Source: Bryobacterales bacterium (lineage in GTDB: Bacteria; Acidobacteriota; Terriglobia; Bryobacterales; UBA6623). Taken from it: a stretch of 64,000 nucleotides of DNA. Positions within the stretch are counted from its first letter, which is position 1, and every line of letters begins with the position of its first letter. The stretch covers positions 1,670,763 through 1,734,762 of the forward strand of contig OZ244172.1 in NCBI GenBank assembly GCA_965216545.1, in the 5' to 3' direction. The notes under the pieces are model-generated. The model was given only the letters and a program-made list of their open reading frames with translations. It made no database searches and was not told the DNA's origin. Below, in pieces: positions 46,278 to 56,156 of the stretch. The position numbers and the translations under genes were made by a program.

Positions 46278-47702
46278 CTACTCGTCGGACTCGCCGTCGA
46301 AGTCGCCCGCCGGCTCCTCAGGCTGGACCTCGGCCTCCGCGGCCGATTCTTCCTCCTCGGGCGAAGCGTCTTCGGGCCCCTCGGGCGGATCGGCCGAGTC
46401 TTCCCCGCTCGAGAGCCCGCCCGTCGCCTCCTCGTTGGAGGGGTTTGCGTCGAGTCGCAGGCGGAACGGCTCGCCGCCGCTCCAACGGTACCAGTCCGCG
46501 CACTCGAACTGTGCCTCGCGCTCCTCGGGCGGCTCGAAGCCGACCTCAGGCAGCCCGATCGAGACGTCGATCTGGCGTTCCAGGCAGGAGTTCTTGATTC
46601 TCCCCGCGACGACGTTGAGGATCTCCTGCAGGGCGTCCAGCGGCGGCTCCGATCCATCGTCTTCGCCCGGCTCCTCGCCCAACATCGCGGCCAACAGCCC
46701 GCGGGGCAGGTCGCGACCCGACTCGATGTCGAGTCGCATCTTGAACTCGCCGTTGTCCGCGGTGATCTCGATCCAACCATATGCGCCGCCTGGTCCCGAT
46801 TCTGGCGGTTGCTCGACCTTTTCCGGCTCGACGCCGGTCAGCATCCCCAGCGCTTGGTAGGCCGCAGTCTTGATCTCGCCCTGCAGCGACGACGCCCATG
46901 CCAGCAAGCCGCGCTCGGGCGCTTCTCCGCCGCGCAGGACCGACAGCAGCTCCGAGCGCATCGTCTCGGGCACGAACGAGCGTGAGACCACGCCCTTGAC
47001 GCCTTCCGCACTCGGCTCTCCCCCGCCCTCGCGCAGCTCATAGACCGCGGGCGGGTCTCCGCCGGGCAGTCGAGCGAGGCGGTCGATCAGAAACTCGGCG
47101 TTGAGGCCCGGCATGCCCGCATCGAACAGCAACAGGTCGGGTCGAAAACGCAAGGTCTTGACCAGCGTCTCGGCGACCGTGCGCGCGGTCTGAACCGCAA
47201 AGTCGGTCTCGAGCGTCGACTCGGCGAAGGCGCAGTAGTTCGGATCCGCGTCGGCGACCAGCACCCGCGTCCGCGAGTTGTCGCTGCTGTGCCCCATGGT
47301 CTGGCGGCGCTCGTAGATGCGTTCGGCGGCGCGCTTGAGACGTCCGATAACCCACTCGTACTGCAGAGGCTTGAGCAGGTAGTCCGAGACGCCCAGCTCG
47401 ATCGCCTGCTTGACCTTTTCCTCGGCGGAGACCTGCGAGGCGATCAAGACCTCGAGCTTCTTGCGACCGGGGTCGGCCTGCAGCAGGCTGAGCATGTCGA
47501 TTCCGTTGAGGACCGGCATGTTGATGTCGGAGACGATCATCTCGACGCCGCCTTGGGAGACCTGTTCGAGCGCCTGCAGCCCGTCGCTGGCCTCGCGCAC
47601 CCTGGCGGTCATCGAGCGCTCGATCCAGCGTTTGAGCAGCAACCGCACCGACGGCTCGTCGTCCACGATCAGGATTTCGATCGGTTGCAGATCTGCGCTC
47701 AT
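46278..47702 (-). CDS. Response regulator: REC, degenerate REC and CheX-like domain with an acidic C-terminal tail
   Basis: REC1 'ILIVDDEPSV...IVSDINMPVLNG...DYLLKP'. REC2-like 'VLVADADPN...LLLFDAGMPGLN'. C-terminal 'LDALQEILNVVAGRIKNSC' resembles the CheX/CheC motif. The tail is about 40% Asp/Glu. Confidence 0.8.
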   Translation of the reverse strand: MSADLQPIEILIVDDEPSVRLLLKRWIERSMTARVREASDGLQALEQVSQGGVEMIVSDINMPVLNGIDMLSLLQADPGRKKLEVLIASQVSAEEKVKQAIELGVSDYLLKPLQYEWVIGRLKRAAERIYERRQTMGHSSDNSRTRVLVADADPNYCAFAESTLETDFAVQTARTVAETLVKTLRFRPDLLLFDAGMPGLNAEFLIDRLARLPGGDPPAVYELREGGGEPSAEGVKGVVSRSFVPETMRSELLSVLRGGEAPERGLLAWASSLQGEIKTAAYQALGMLTGVEPEKVEQPPESGPGGAYGWIEITADNGEFKMRLDIESGRDLPRGLLAAMLGEEPGEDDGSEPPLDALQEILNVVAGRIKNSCLERQIDVSIGLPEVGFEPPEEREAQFECADWYRWSGGEPFRLRLDANPSNEEATGGLSSGEDSADPPEGPEDASPEEEESAAEAEVQPEEPAGDFDGESDE

Positions 47703-47794
47703 GCCCCGGACCGGCGCCGCACCAATAGCGGCCGGATCTCCCCTTGCTCTCTCATCGGCGCGATCGAGTCGCCGAGTTAGGCTCGGCCAGACGC

Positions 47795-47822
47795 ACGAAG
47801 GGCGCCCCGCGGGGCGCCCTTC
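47795..47822 (-). terminator. Perfect 13-bp GC palindrome downstream of the TonB-receptor gene
   Basis: CGAAGGGCGCCCC-gc-GGGGCGCCCTTCG, about 25 nt after the stop at 47848. No U-tract. Confidence 0.55.
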
Positions 47823-47847
47823 GCAGATGCCGGTTTGAGATGCCGGG

Positions 47848-50800
47848 CTAGAAGATGAACTTCAGCGCGAACTGGTTCGTCCGCATCGCGCGAGCCGTGG
47901 TGACGCGGCCGAAGTTGTTCGAGCCACGACCGGTACCCGGCGTGTTCCAGTTCGGATGGTTCGCGAAGTTGAACGACTCGAACCGGAACTGTAGGTTGTA
48001 CCGCTCGGTGAAGCGGAAGTTCTTCATCATCGAGAAATCCCAGTTAATCACGCCGGGCGAGATCGCTGGGTTCCGGTTAACGTTGCCGGAACGCGCCGAC
48101 AGCTGGTTGAACTCCTCGCCGTTGATCGAGATTGGTACATCGCAGGCGATAGCGGCGGAGTTGTGTCCGCCATTGTTGCTGGAGAAGTCCGCGTTGAAGA
48201 ACTGAGCTGCCGTGCGCTCGCCACGCGGCAAGTTGTAGGACGGACCCGTGGCATCACCGCGATTCTGTTGGCGGTGCCCCGCGAGATCCCCGCAGTACCC
48301 GACTTCGCGGGGGGTTCCCGTCGAAAGGGTGATGATCGAACCTGCCTGCCAACCGCCGGCGACGGCTTCCATTATCCGGTTCTCGAACCGCAGCGGGATG
48401 TCATAGAGCAATGAACCCGTGAAACGGTGCGCCGTATGGAATTGCGACAAGCCACGTTCAAAGCTCAAGTCGTAGTTGTTCCGCGGGAACAGGTTGTCGC
48501 CCGACTGCGTCCGGATGGCCGAACCACGGTCGATCGCACGACTCCAGGTATAGCCCAGCAGGTAGGTGAACCCGCTGTCGTAGCGCTGGCGCGCTTTGAG
48601 GGCAAGCGCGTCGTAGTCCGAGTCCGACACATTGGCGATCGTCTGGATGCGGTTGAAGATATCACCGCCGAACGGCCGCCGCTGCGACTGGGTCGACAGG
48701 TCGGTCGGATCCGCGCGGAAGGTCGGCGTGTTAAACCCGTACATCCGCTGCAACTTGCGACCCTGGTTGCCGGCGTAGCCGACCTCCAGAAGGGTCGTGT
48801 CGTTGAGCTGATGCTGGACGTTGAACAGGTATTGGATCACGTACGGCGTGCGACGCCGGGCGTCGTTGGCAAATGTGTACAGACCCGAGACGCAGGGGCC
48901 GTCCCAGTCCGAGCACACGGCGCCGCCGCCCGGCTTGTTGCCCCACGGATCGTCGAGGTTTGTCGTTGGGATGACGTCGTTCGAGTTCGCCGTGTCGCGG
49001 AAGCCGAAGTTGCGGCCCATGTCGAAGACCGGGTTGCCTGTGTCTTGGGCGTAGAAGACGCCCACGCCTGTGCGGATCGTCGTCTTCTCGCTCATTTGGT
49101 AGGCGACGCCAACACGCGGCGCGAAGTCGTTGGTATCGAGCTGTTGCATCGCACAGTTGAACAGCACGTCGCAGCCGGTCGCCTTTGGAACGATGTCGGC
49201 CAAGTGCACGGCCAGACCCTCGTGGAAGTCGCCTTCACGGGGGCGCACCTGCACGGGTGTTTGGCAGCCCTCGTCGATACCAGTGTTGTCGACGCCCGGG
49301 CAGAACATCTGCACGCTCATGATGCCGCGATAGCGGTCCTTGAACGGAGGCGTCAGTTCGTAGCGTAGACCCAGGTTCAAGGTCAGCTTGGCGTTCACCT
49401 TCCAGGTGTCCTCGGCGTAGAGGGCGAACGAGTTCCGTCGGAACTGCGTGTTGGCGATACCGAGCGAGCGGGTCGCCTCCTGCATCCAGCCGAGCAGACC
49501 GCTCGCGAAGGCGTCGCCCGTGCCGGTGAGATCGGAGGGGTCGGCCGAGTAGCGGCTGTCAAAGTTCAGATTGCCGCGCGGAAACTGGTTGCCCACTTGG
49601 TTGAAGCGTGTATCGAGATACTCGCCGCCGAACTTGATTGTATGGTTGCCGCGCACCCAACTGACGTTGTCGGTGAGCTGGTAGGTGCGGTTGTGGTTCA
49701 CGAATGGGCCACTGGTTGACTCGCCCCAGCCAGACACGAAGTTGTTTGCGCCGCTAAAGCCGACTTGGGGACTGCCCCAGGCAACCTCGATAGGCGGGAC
49801 CAAGCCCGGAATACCGAGCTCGGAGGTAACGTCGCGGACGTTGTTGAAGAATGTGTTGACGCCGTTGTCGAAGATGTTCGCGCCCAGGCGCAGCTCGTTC
49901 ACGATGGTCGGCGAGACCGTCCACACGTTGGAAAGCATGATCTGGTCGACCTGCGTGTTGATGAAGCGGTCCTGAATTTCGAAGGTGCCGCCCTGCGTGA
50001 AGACCTCATCACCCCAGGAGTAGCGTCCGAACCACTGCGAGTTCGAGCTCTGGTTGAAGTCGATGCGGGTGGTGAACTGGTCCCAGTCCAACGGCCGGCC
50101 GTTGTTGCGTGTGTAGTTGAAAGGCGAGCCCGGCGCATTCACGACCGCGCCTGGGACGTTCGGATCCGGAAGGAACTCGAACATCTGGACAAACGGCCGC
50201 TTGTGACGCGACGTCGGGACTTGCCTGTTCGGGAACGGATCGGCCGTGAACTGGCTGGTAGTCCCAATCTGGCGGATCGTATCCGGATCGTAGATGTCCT
50301 TCAGATTCGGATTCGAGAAGTCGCCATTGCGCATCGCCTGGTCGGCCACAGTTGCGGTTGCGAAACCCGAAACACGCTCGCGGAAACCCTCGTAGTTGGC
50401 CATGAAGAACAGCTTGTTCTTGATGATCGGTCCCGTGGCGGTAAAGCCGAACTGGTTGCGGCGGAAGGGATCCTTGTCCCCGTGCTGGTTCCAAGTGCGC
50501 GCCTGGATCTTGTCATTCCGCAGGAAGTGGAACACTGTGCCGTGGAACTCGTTGCCGCCGGCGCGGGTCGTCACGTTGATCTGCGAGGTCGACTTTCCGT
50601 ACTGCGCCGAGTAGACGCCGGTCTGCACCTTGAACTCCTGCAGCGCGTCGACCGAGGGCCGCACGACGAAGGTGTTGAAGTTCGGGTCCGTATTCTCCAC
50701 GCCGTCCAGCGTGAAGCGGTTGAACATCTGGCGCTGGCCTGCGATCGAGATCGACTGGTTGGCGCGCTGGCCGCCCTGGCGAGAGTTCGCCTGACCGCCC

Positions 50801-51333
50801 GAGCCCATCTCCGCTGTCACGTTGGTGGATAGCTTGACGAGGTTGAGGTAGTTGCGGCCGTTGATCGGCAGGTCGACGATGCGTTGCTGGTCGATGACCG
50901 TACCGAGCGAGGTGTCGGCCGTCTGGAGCATCTGGGCGCCGGCCTGAACCTCGATGACCTCGGTCACCGCGCCGATCTCCATGACGAAGTTGACTTGCTG
51001 GACGTCGCCGACCTCGACGATGCGGTCGCTGACGGTCGCGGTCTTGAATCCGTCGAGCTCGGCGGTCAGGTTGTAGACCCCGGGATTGAGGAAAGGCACC
51101 GAGAAGCTGCCGACCTCGTTCGTTTCGACCGAACGGCTGACGTTGGTCGCCGTGTTCGTGATGGTCACCTGGGCGCCGGCGATGACAGCGCCGGAAGGAT
51201 CCGTAACGGTGCCGGCGATCTCGCCGAAGGTTTGCGCGCCGGCCGGCGAGACGGCCAGCACGAACGCTACGGCGATCGTGCAGAGGAACGCAAGCGGCGA
51301 ACTGGGCCGCATTCGCGTGTCAGAAAGTTTCAT
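47848..51333 (-). CDS. TonB-dependent outer-membrane receptor with N-terminal carboxypeptidase-regulatory-like domain
   Basis: Start at 'MKLSDTRMRPSSPLAFLCTIAVAFVLAVSPAGAQ' (GGGAGA 8 nt upstream). 'GTVTDPSGAVIAGAQVTITN...GSFSVPFLNPGVYNL' (CarboxypepD_reg). Plug-like 'DLPINGRNYLNL'. Terminal '...FALKFIF' with C-terminal Phe. Confidence 0.85.
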   Translation of the reverse strand: MKLSDTRMRPSSPLAFLCTIAVAFVLAVSPAGAQTFGEIAGTVTDPSGAVIAGAQVTITNTATNVSRSVETNEVGSFSVPFLNPGVYNLTAELDGFKTATVSDRIVEVGDVQQVNFVMEIGAVTEVIEVQAGAQMLQTADTSLGTVIDQQRIVDLPINGRNYLNLVKLSTNVTAEMGSGGQANSRQGGQRANQSISIAGQRQMFNRFTLDGVENTDPNFNTFVVRPSVDALQEFKVQTGVYSAQYGKSTSQINVTTRAGGNEFHGTVFHFLRNDKIQARTWNQHGDKDPFRRNQFGFTATGPIIKNKLFFMANYEGFRERVSGFATATVADQAMRNGDFSNPNLKDIYDPDTIRQIGTTSQFTADPFPNRQVPTSRHKRPFVQMFEFLPDPNVPGAVVNAPGSPFNYTRNNGRPLDWDQFTTRIDFNQSSNSQWFGRYSWGDEVFTQGGTFEIQDRFINTQVDQIMLSNVWTVSPTIVNELRLGANIFDNGVNTFFNNVRDVTSELGIPGLVPPIEVAWGSPQVGFSGANNFVSGWGESTSGPFVNHNRTYQLTDNVSWVRGNHTIKFGGEYLDTRFNQVGNQFPRGNLNFDSRYSADPSDLTGTGDAFASGLLGWMQEATRSLGIANTQFRRNSFALYAEDTWKVNAKLTLNLGLRYELTPPFKDRYRGIMSVQMFCPGVDNTGIDEGCQTPVQVRPREGDFHEGLAVHLADIVPKATGCDVLFNCAMQQLDTNDFAPRVGVAYQMSEKTTIRTGVGVFYAQDTGNPVFDMGRNFGFRDTANSNDVIPTTNLDDPWGNKPGGGAVCSDWDGPCVSGLYTFANDARRRTPYVIQYLFNVQHQLNDTTLLEVGYAGNQGRKLQRMYGFNTPTFRADPTDLSTQSQRRPFGGDIFNRIQTIANVSDSDYDALALKARQRYDSGFTYLLGYTWSRAIDRGSAIRTQSGDNLFPRNNYDLSFERGLSQFHTAHRFTGSLLYDIPLRFENRIMEAVAGGWQAGSIITLSTGTPREVGYCGDLAGHRQQNRGDATGPSYNLPRGERTAAQFFNADFSSNNGGHNSAAIACDVPISINGEEFNQLSARSGNVNRNPAISPGVINWDFSMMKNFRFTERYNLQFRFESFNFANHPNWNTPGTGRGSNNFGRVTTARAMRTNQFALKFIF

Positions 51334-51656
51334 TCGACTTGTCTCCCAAATCCCTGGAGTCGCTATTGTCGTGCGAAATTCGTGCCGGACCATTCGACTT
51401 CGCCGCCGCCGGTGCGACGGCCATGCGCGTTGGGCGGACCCCTTTTCGCCGTTGGCGCCAAGTCAAGACCAGCATCATCGGGCTCTCGGGCGGCGATCGC
51501 TCGTGATCGCCGCGTGCATCGTTATCGATCAGCTCATCCGCCGATCTCCATGACTTTTACCACGGCGTTTCATCGAGGCGCAACCGCACAACAGACTGCC
51601 ACCTAGCCATTTAACAATTGGATCATCGTTGGCGCCACGTCGGCCAAGCACCTAAC

Positions 51657-51702
51657 TTGTCAGCATAAAGTACTTGACAAACAACCACCCAAGCGCTACC
51701 CT
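51657..51702 (+). promoter_or_regulatory. TTGACA-17 nt-TACCCT promoter with an inverted repeat TTGTCA-N12-TGACAA overlapping the -35; the ATG lies only 9 nt after the -10
   Basis: TTGTCA 51657-51662, TGACAA 51675-51680, TTGACA 51674-51679, TACCCT 51697-51702, ATG 51712. Confidence 0.3.
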
Positions 51703-51711
51703 CGTCCTCGG

Positions 51712-52320
51712 ATGGCTTCGCCGAATCCGCTTCCGCCACGGCCCGAGCCGGTCGTGCTCCACGACCGCGCGATGGACAACCTGCAGTTCATCCGCGAGAC
51801 GATGGAACGCTCGGCCGTCTTCACGGCTGTTCCAGGATGGGGCGCCGTTGGAGTCGGTTGCGTGGGCGGCGCGGCAGCGGCCTTTGGAGCCCGCCAGGCC
51901 ACCCAGGAAGGTTGGCTGGCGGTTTGGCTGGCCGCCGCGGCGCTGGCTGCGGTGGCCGCCGGCCTGTCGATGAGCCGCAAGCTGGCTCGCAGCCCGCAGC
52001 CTTCGGCGCGCGCGCTGCGCAACTTCGCGCTCGGGCTGGTGCCGCCGGCCGCCGTGGGAGCGTTGCTGACCGTGGCGCTCTGGCGTGGCGGCGCCATCGA
52101 GCTGATCCCGGCGGTATGGCTGCTCACCTACGGCGCCGGCATCGTCACCGGCGGAGCGTTCTCGGTCAAGGCGGTGCCGATCATGGGCCTGACTTTCATG
52201 GTCCTCGGCGCGCTCGCGCTGTTCGCGCCCCCGAGCGCGCACCACCTGCTGCTCGGCGCCGGGTTCGGCTTGGCTCACGTCGTTTTCGGTCTGGTCATCG
52301 CGAGGAAATATGGCGGCTGA
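51712..52320 (+). CDS. Hypothetical polytopic membrane protein (5-6 helices)
   Basis: Repeated hydrophobic Ala/Gly/Leu helices. Overlaps the downstream winged-helix regulator gene by 11 nt (operon). Confidence 0.6.
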   Translation: MASPNPLPPRPEPVVLHDRAMDNLQFIRETMERSAVFTAVPGWGAVGVGCVGGAAAAFGARQATQEGWLAVWLAAAALAAVAAGLSMSRKLARSPQPSARALRNFALGLVPPAAVGALLTVALWRGGAIELIPAVWLLTYGAGIVTGGAFSVKAVPIMGLTFMVLGALALFAPPSAHHLLLGAGFGLAHVVFGLVIARKYGG

Positions 52321-52690
52321 ACCTCTACCTAAACCGGGCGAGCAAGCCCCTGCCGAGAGCAGCGGACCCGCGCCGCAGCCCGGCTCGAGCTCGCGCGCGC
52401 TGCGGCTCGATCGCGTCATCCACGAGCGCGCCCGGTTGGCGATCGTCAGCGCGCTGGCCGCCACCGACGCCCTCAGCTTCACCGAGCTCAAGGCCCTGCT
52501 CGAGGTCACTGACGGCAACCTCAGCGTCCACGCCCGCAAGCTCGAGGACGCCGGCTACATCAAGGCCGAGAAGAGCTTTCAGAACCGCATGCCACACACC
52601 GAGTTCCGCCTGACGCCGGAAGGTCGCAACGCGCTGGATCGCTACATCGCGCACATGGAAGCGCTGATCCAAGCCGCGAAGGCCGGTTAG
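52310..52690 (+). CDS. Winged-helix (HTH_34 / ArsR-MarR-like) transcriptional regulator
   Basis: '[51 protein letters not shown]' is a typical winged-helix block. Confidence 0.75.
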   Translation: MAAEPLPKPGEQAPAESSGPAPQPGSSSRALRLDRVIHERARLAIVSALAATDALSFTELKALLEVTDGNLSVHARKLEDAGYIKAEKSFQNRMPHTEFRLTPEGRNALDRYIAHMEALIQAAKAG

Positions 52691-52718
52691 GCCCCTTTTT
52701 TTGGAGGTTTACTTTACG

Positions 52719-53441
52719 ATGCCAAGTACTTTTACACCGAATCACGTCGCGATCATCATGGACGGCAACGGCCGCTGGGCCGAGGCGCGCGGGCTGCCGC
52801 GCGCCCACGGTCACCTTGCTGGAGCCGACGCGGTGCGACGAACCGTCACAGCAGCCGTCGAGCGCGGCCTGCCTTATCTGACTCTCTACGCCTTCTCATG
52901 CGAGAACTGGCGCCGGCCGCGGGCGGAGGTCGAAGGGCTGATGGGCCTGTTCAGCCGCTATCTCGCCTCGGAGACGCGGCACTGCGCCGAGCAAGGCGTA
53001 CGCCTCTCGGTCATCGGCCGCCGCGACCGCCTGCCTGAAGGGCTCGTCACCCAGATTCGAAGAGCCGAGCGCACCACTGCGGGTGCGAACAAGCTGAACC
53101 TGCGGATTGCGGTCGACTACTCCGCGCGGGACGCCGCGGTGCGGGCAGCGGCCGCCCTGCTGGTCTCGGCCTCTCAGCCGGCCGAGTGCTCGCTCGAGAG
53201 CTTCTCCCGGGCGCTGGCAACCCAAACCCACGCCGAGGCGGCAGCGCCGCCCATCGACCTGCTGATTCGCACCGGCGGCGAGCTGCGCTTGAGCGACCAG
53301 ATGGCGTGGGAAGCGGCCTACGCCGAGCTGCTGTTCCTCGAGAAGATGTGGCCCGAGTGTGGGGCCGACGACCTGGCGGCGGCCTGCGAGGAATTCGCCG
53401 GCCGCGAGCGACGCTTCGGAGCCCTGGCCAAGGCCGGGTAG
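52719..53441 (+). CDS. uppS: Isoprenyl transferase / undecaprenyl diphosphate synthase
   Basis: '[13 protein letters not shown]' signature, '[13 protein letters not shown]' and '[14 protein letters not shown]'. ATG at 52719 with GGAGG 11 nt upstream. Confidence 0.9.
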   Translation: MPSTFTPNHVAIIMDGNGRWAEARGLPRAHGHLAGADAVRRTVTAAVERGLPYLTLYAFSCENWRRPRAEVEGLMGLFSRYLASETRHCAEQGVRLSVIGRRDRLPEGLVTQIRRAERTTAGANKLNLRIAVDYSARDAAVRAAAALLVSASQPAECSLESFSRALATQTHAEAAAPPIDLLIRTGGELRLSDQMAWEAAYAELLFLEKMWPECGADDLAAACEEFAGRERRFGALAKAG

Positions 53442-53470
53442 CGTGTTGCAACCGCGTCCGCAGATGGTAG

Positions 53471-53491
53471 GGGCACGGAGCCGCCGTGCCC
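53471..53491. terminator. Hairpin between the convergent uppS and HEAT-repeat genes
   Basis: GGGCACGG-agccg-CCGTGCCC (8-bp stem). A second AGTGGT/ACCACT pairing follows at about 53505-53527. Confidence 0.4.
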
Positions 53492-53526
53492 GCTCCCGTT
53501 CATCCCAGTGGTTCTGGGAACTACCA

Positions 53527-54852
53527 CTAGAGACGAGCCCGTAGGTTGTTGAGCTCGCGTAGCGCGGCCTCGGCGACCTTAGGGTTGGTATCGCGGGTCA
53601 GCCGCTCCAGGTGGGGTTCGCTTTCCCGCGTACCACTGCGGGCGACCACGTAGGCCAACTCGATCTTCTGCTGCTCGGTGCCGCTGGTCAGCGGACCGTA
53701 GAGCTTGGGCAGAACCTGCGGGTCGCGCGCCAACTCGGTCAGAAACGGCCGCGCCTCGAGCCGGTGGAACCGCGAATCCAGCCCGTCGATGAGGTAGCTC
53801 AACATGTTCAGATCGCCGAGGCTGGCGGCGGCAAACGCCAACGACTGGCGCACCGACTCGTTCTTCTCGGTCGCGAAAGATTCCTGAACCACCTCGAGGT
53901 CGGCCGGGTTTCCCGAGCGGCCCAGCCCTTCGGCGGCCGCGCCGCGCAGCCGATCGTCTTTGTCCCGCAGGTAGAGCAGGAAGACTTTGTCCTGGCCGTT
54001 GTCAGGAATCTTGGCGAGCGCGGTGAGCGCACTGCGCTGGACAGCCTTGTCGCGGTCTCCCCGGACCATCAGGTTGAGGGGCTCGACGGCCTCCCGGACG
54101 CGCAGTTGGCCGACGGCCTCGGCGGCCTCGCGCCGAATTCTCTTGCTCGGGTCTTCGAGCAGCGGCACCAGCGACCGGCCGGCGTCGAGATCGCCGATCT
54201 TCTCGATCGAACGAATCGACTCCACCGCGATGGTTTCGTCGCGCGACTGCAGCCCCTTTTCGAGATCAGAGATCGCCGGGCGAGCCCGCAGAATCCCCGC
54301 AGCACGGGCGGCGTTGGCGCGAGACTCCATGCTGCTGCCGCCGGAGATCAGCGGGACGATTGCGTCGATCGCCTCAGGCGCGACCCTTACCGAAGGCTCG
54401 ACCTTGACAGGCTCCGGCTCGCGGAACCGATCCTTGAGCGCCTTGCCGAACGATTTGACCGAGCTCAGCCAGCCGAACTTGACATAGCCCGGCACGTAGA
54501 GGTCGACCAATCCGTCCACGGCAAGAGATTGGATCTCGGGCGCTGCATCGCGGGTCATTTCCACCAGGCCCGGCAAGCAATGCGGCGAGCCAATCTTGAT
54601 CAAAGCGATCACCACGTCCTCACGAACTTCGGGGGCGGGGTCGCGCGTGACGGTCTTCAGAGCCGAGCAGGCGCTCTGGGCGTCAATCTGTTGTTTTCTG
54701 CCCTTTTCTCCGGTCTCGTTTACAGCCTTTTTCCGGACCTTGGCATCCGGATTGTCGATGTCGCCGAGCTGCGCCGGCAGGCTGGCGGGCACGCACGCGA
54801 GAGCGACGAGAGCGAGCAGGGGGTTTAGGCGTTGAAAGGTCATCGCCCTCAT
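53527..54852 (-). CDS. Secreted HEAT-repeat protein
   Basis: Signal MRAMTFQRLNPLLALVALACVPASLPA. Repeated 'D....VR..A...LG' HEAT/PBS-lyase-like units throughout. Confidence 0.75.
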   Translation of the reverse strand: MRAMTFQRLNPLLALVALACVPASLPAQLGDIDNPDAKVRKKAVNETGEKGRKQQIDAQSACSALKTVTRDPAPEVREDVVIALIKIGSPHCLPGLVEMTRDAAPEIQSLAVDGLVDLYVPGYVKFGWLSSVKSFGKALKDRFREPEPVKVEPSVRVAPEAIDAIVPLISGGSSMESRANAARAAGILRARPAISDLEKGLQSRDETIAVESIRSIEKIGDLDAGRSLVPLLEDPSKRIRREAAEAVGQLRVREAVEPLNLMVRGDRDKAVQRSALTALAKIPDNGQDKVFLLYLRDKDDRLRGAAAEGLGRSGNPADLEVVQESFATEKNESVRQSLAFAAASLGDLNMLSYLIDGLDSRFHRLEARPFLTELARDPQVLPKLYGPLTSGTEQQKIELAYVVARSGTRESEPHLERLTRDTNPKVAEAALRELNNLRARL

Positions 54853-54869
54853 TATATGAGGGATTTGCC

Positions 54870-55709
54870 TTAGATGTGCTCCAACTCTACCCGGTTCGGA
54901 ATCAGCCCGGCGGCGTAACCGGCGTCGAGGAGAAGCTGCGCCGACTCGAGCGTCTCAGGGCGCATTTCGGTCGTGAAATGATTGACGTACATTCCTACGA
55001 AGCGGTCCGCATCGCGCGAGGCGAGACCGCGCCCAAACTGCAGGGCGTACTCGAGCGCCTCGGAGCGATGATCGAGGGCGTACTGGATGCTCTCGCTCAA
55101 GCAGCGCCGGGATTCCGACTGCACCTCAGGCGGCAAGCTGCGTAGCATGGAGTTCGCGCCCAACGGCAGCGGCAGCCCATGCTTCTGCTTCCACCACACG
55201 CCCAGGTCGAGGATGCTTCGTAGCCCCGAGGAGCCCCAGGTGAGCTGGCCTTCGTGGATGATCAAACCGGCGTCGGCCTCGCCACGCTCGACCGCCGGCA
55301 TGATCTCGTCGAAGGCGATCACCTTGGGCTCGAAGCTCGGCTCGAAGAGCTTGAGCGTCAGATAGGCGGTCGTCATCAACCCGGGGACGGCGATGGTCTT
55401 GCCGGCGAGCTCTCGCGGGTCCAGAGCTTCCCGCGCCACCACGATGGGGCCGTAGTTGTCGCCCACGCTCGAGCCGGCCGAGGTGAGGATGTATTTGTCG
55501 GCAACGTAGGGGTAGGCGTGATAGGAGATGGCCGTCATGGCGTAGCGGCCCTGCTGGGCGGCCACGTTGAGCGATTGGATGTCGCTCAAGATGTGCCGGA
55601 ACTCGACCGTCTCGGAGCTGACGAAGCCCTTGGCCAGGGCGTAAAACATGAACGCGTCGTCGGAATCGGGGCTATGCGCGATCTCGACGACGAACTTGGA
55701 ATCGGACAT
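54870..55709 (-). CDS. MqnA/MqnD/SBP-family protein (futalosine-pathway menaquinone biosynthesis-like)
   Basis: Start set at 'MSDSKFVVEIAHSPDSDDAFMFYALAKG'; 'SPDSDDAFMFYAL' resembles the family N-terminus. The upstream 64 codons of the track ORF look non-coding. No clear SD, so the start is uncertain. Confidence 0.65.
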   Translation of the reverse strand: MSDSKFVVEIAHSPDSDDAFMFYALAKGFVSSETVEFRHILSDIQSLNVAAQQGRYAMTAISYHAYPYVADKYILTSAGSSVGDNYGPIVVAREALDPRELAGKTIAVPGLMTTAYLTLKLFEPSFEPKVIAFDEIMPAVERGEADAGLIIHEGQLTWGSSGLRSILDLGVWWKQKHGLPLPLGANSMLRSLPPEVQSESRRCLSESIQYALDHRSEALEYALQFGRGLASRDADRFVGMYVNHFTTEMRPETLESAQLLLDAGYAAGLIPNRVELEHI

Positions 55710-55768
55710 GGAAGGGAGCGGCGGAGCGGGCGAAGCCGCTCGCGACCCTCCACTGTAGCACCGGCGCT

Positions 55769-56062
55769 CTATTGCCAGCGCTCGGCGGTCTGCTCGCTGG
55801 TCACCAGGGAGTCGAAGATGGCCAATACCTGTTTGCGGTAGGCGTACATCTTCTGGACCTCTTCGCGAAATCGCGCGTCCCATTCTCGCGCTCGCATCCA
55901 CTTGCGCACCAGGGTGGGCGGGATGTCGATCTCCTCGCGAATCGCCTCGGCGGAGTGGCCGCGCAGGAACAGGCCGTAGAACATGGCCGCTTCGCGCTGC
56001 GGCGAATAGAACTCGGTCTCGGCCTTGCTCGGCTTGCGGCTCTTGGGCGATGTTTTACCCAT
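55769..56062 (-). CDS. Small basic hypothetical protein with an HTH-like segment
   Basis: 'MGKTSPKSRKPSKAETEF...FLRGHSAEAIREEIDIPPTLVRKWMRAREWD'. Start chosen at the internal ATG. Family not recognised. Confidence 0.45.
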   Translation of the reverse strand: MGKTSPKSRKPSKAETEFYSPQREAAMFYGLFLRGHSAEAIREEIDIPPTLVRKWMRAREWDARFREEVQKMYAYRKQVLAIFDSLVTSEQTAERWQ

Positions 56063-56156
56063 CGTTCCGTCCGGCTCGGGGAGCCGGAAAAGCTCAGTAT
56101 AGTCGTGAGCCCGGATGCTGACAACCACCCTGGCGGCTAGAATTTGAGAGACATCG

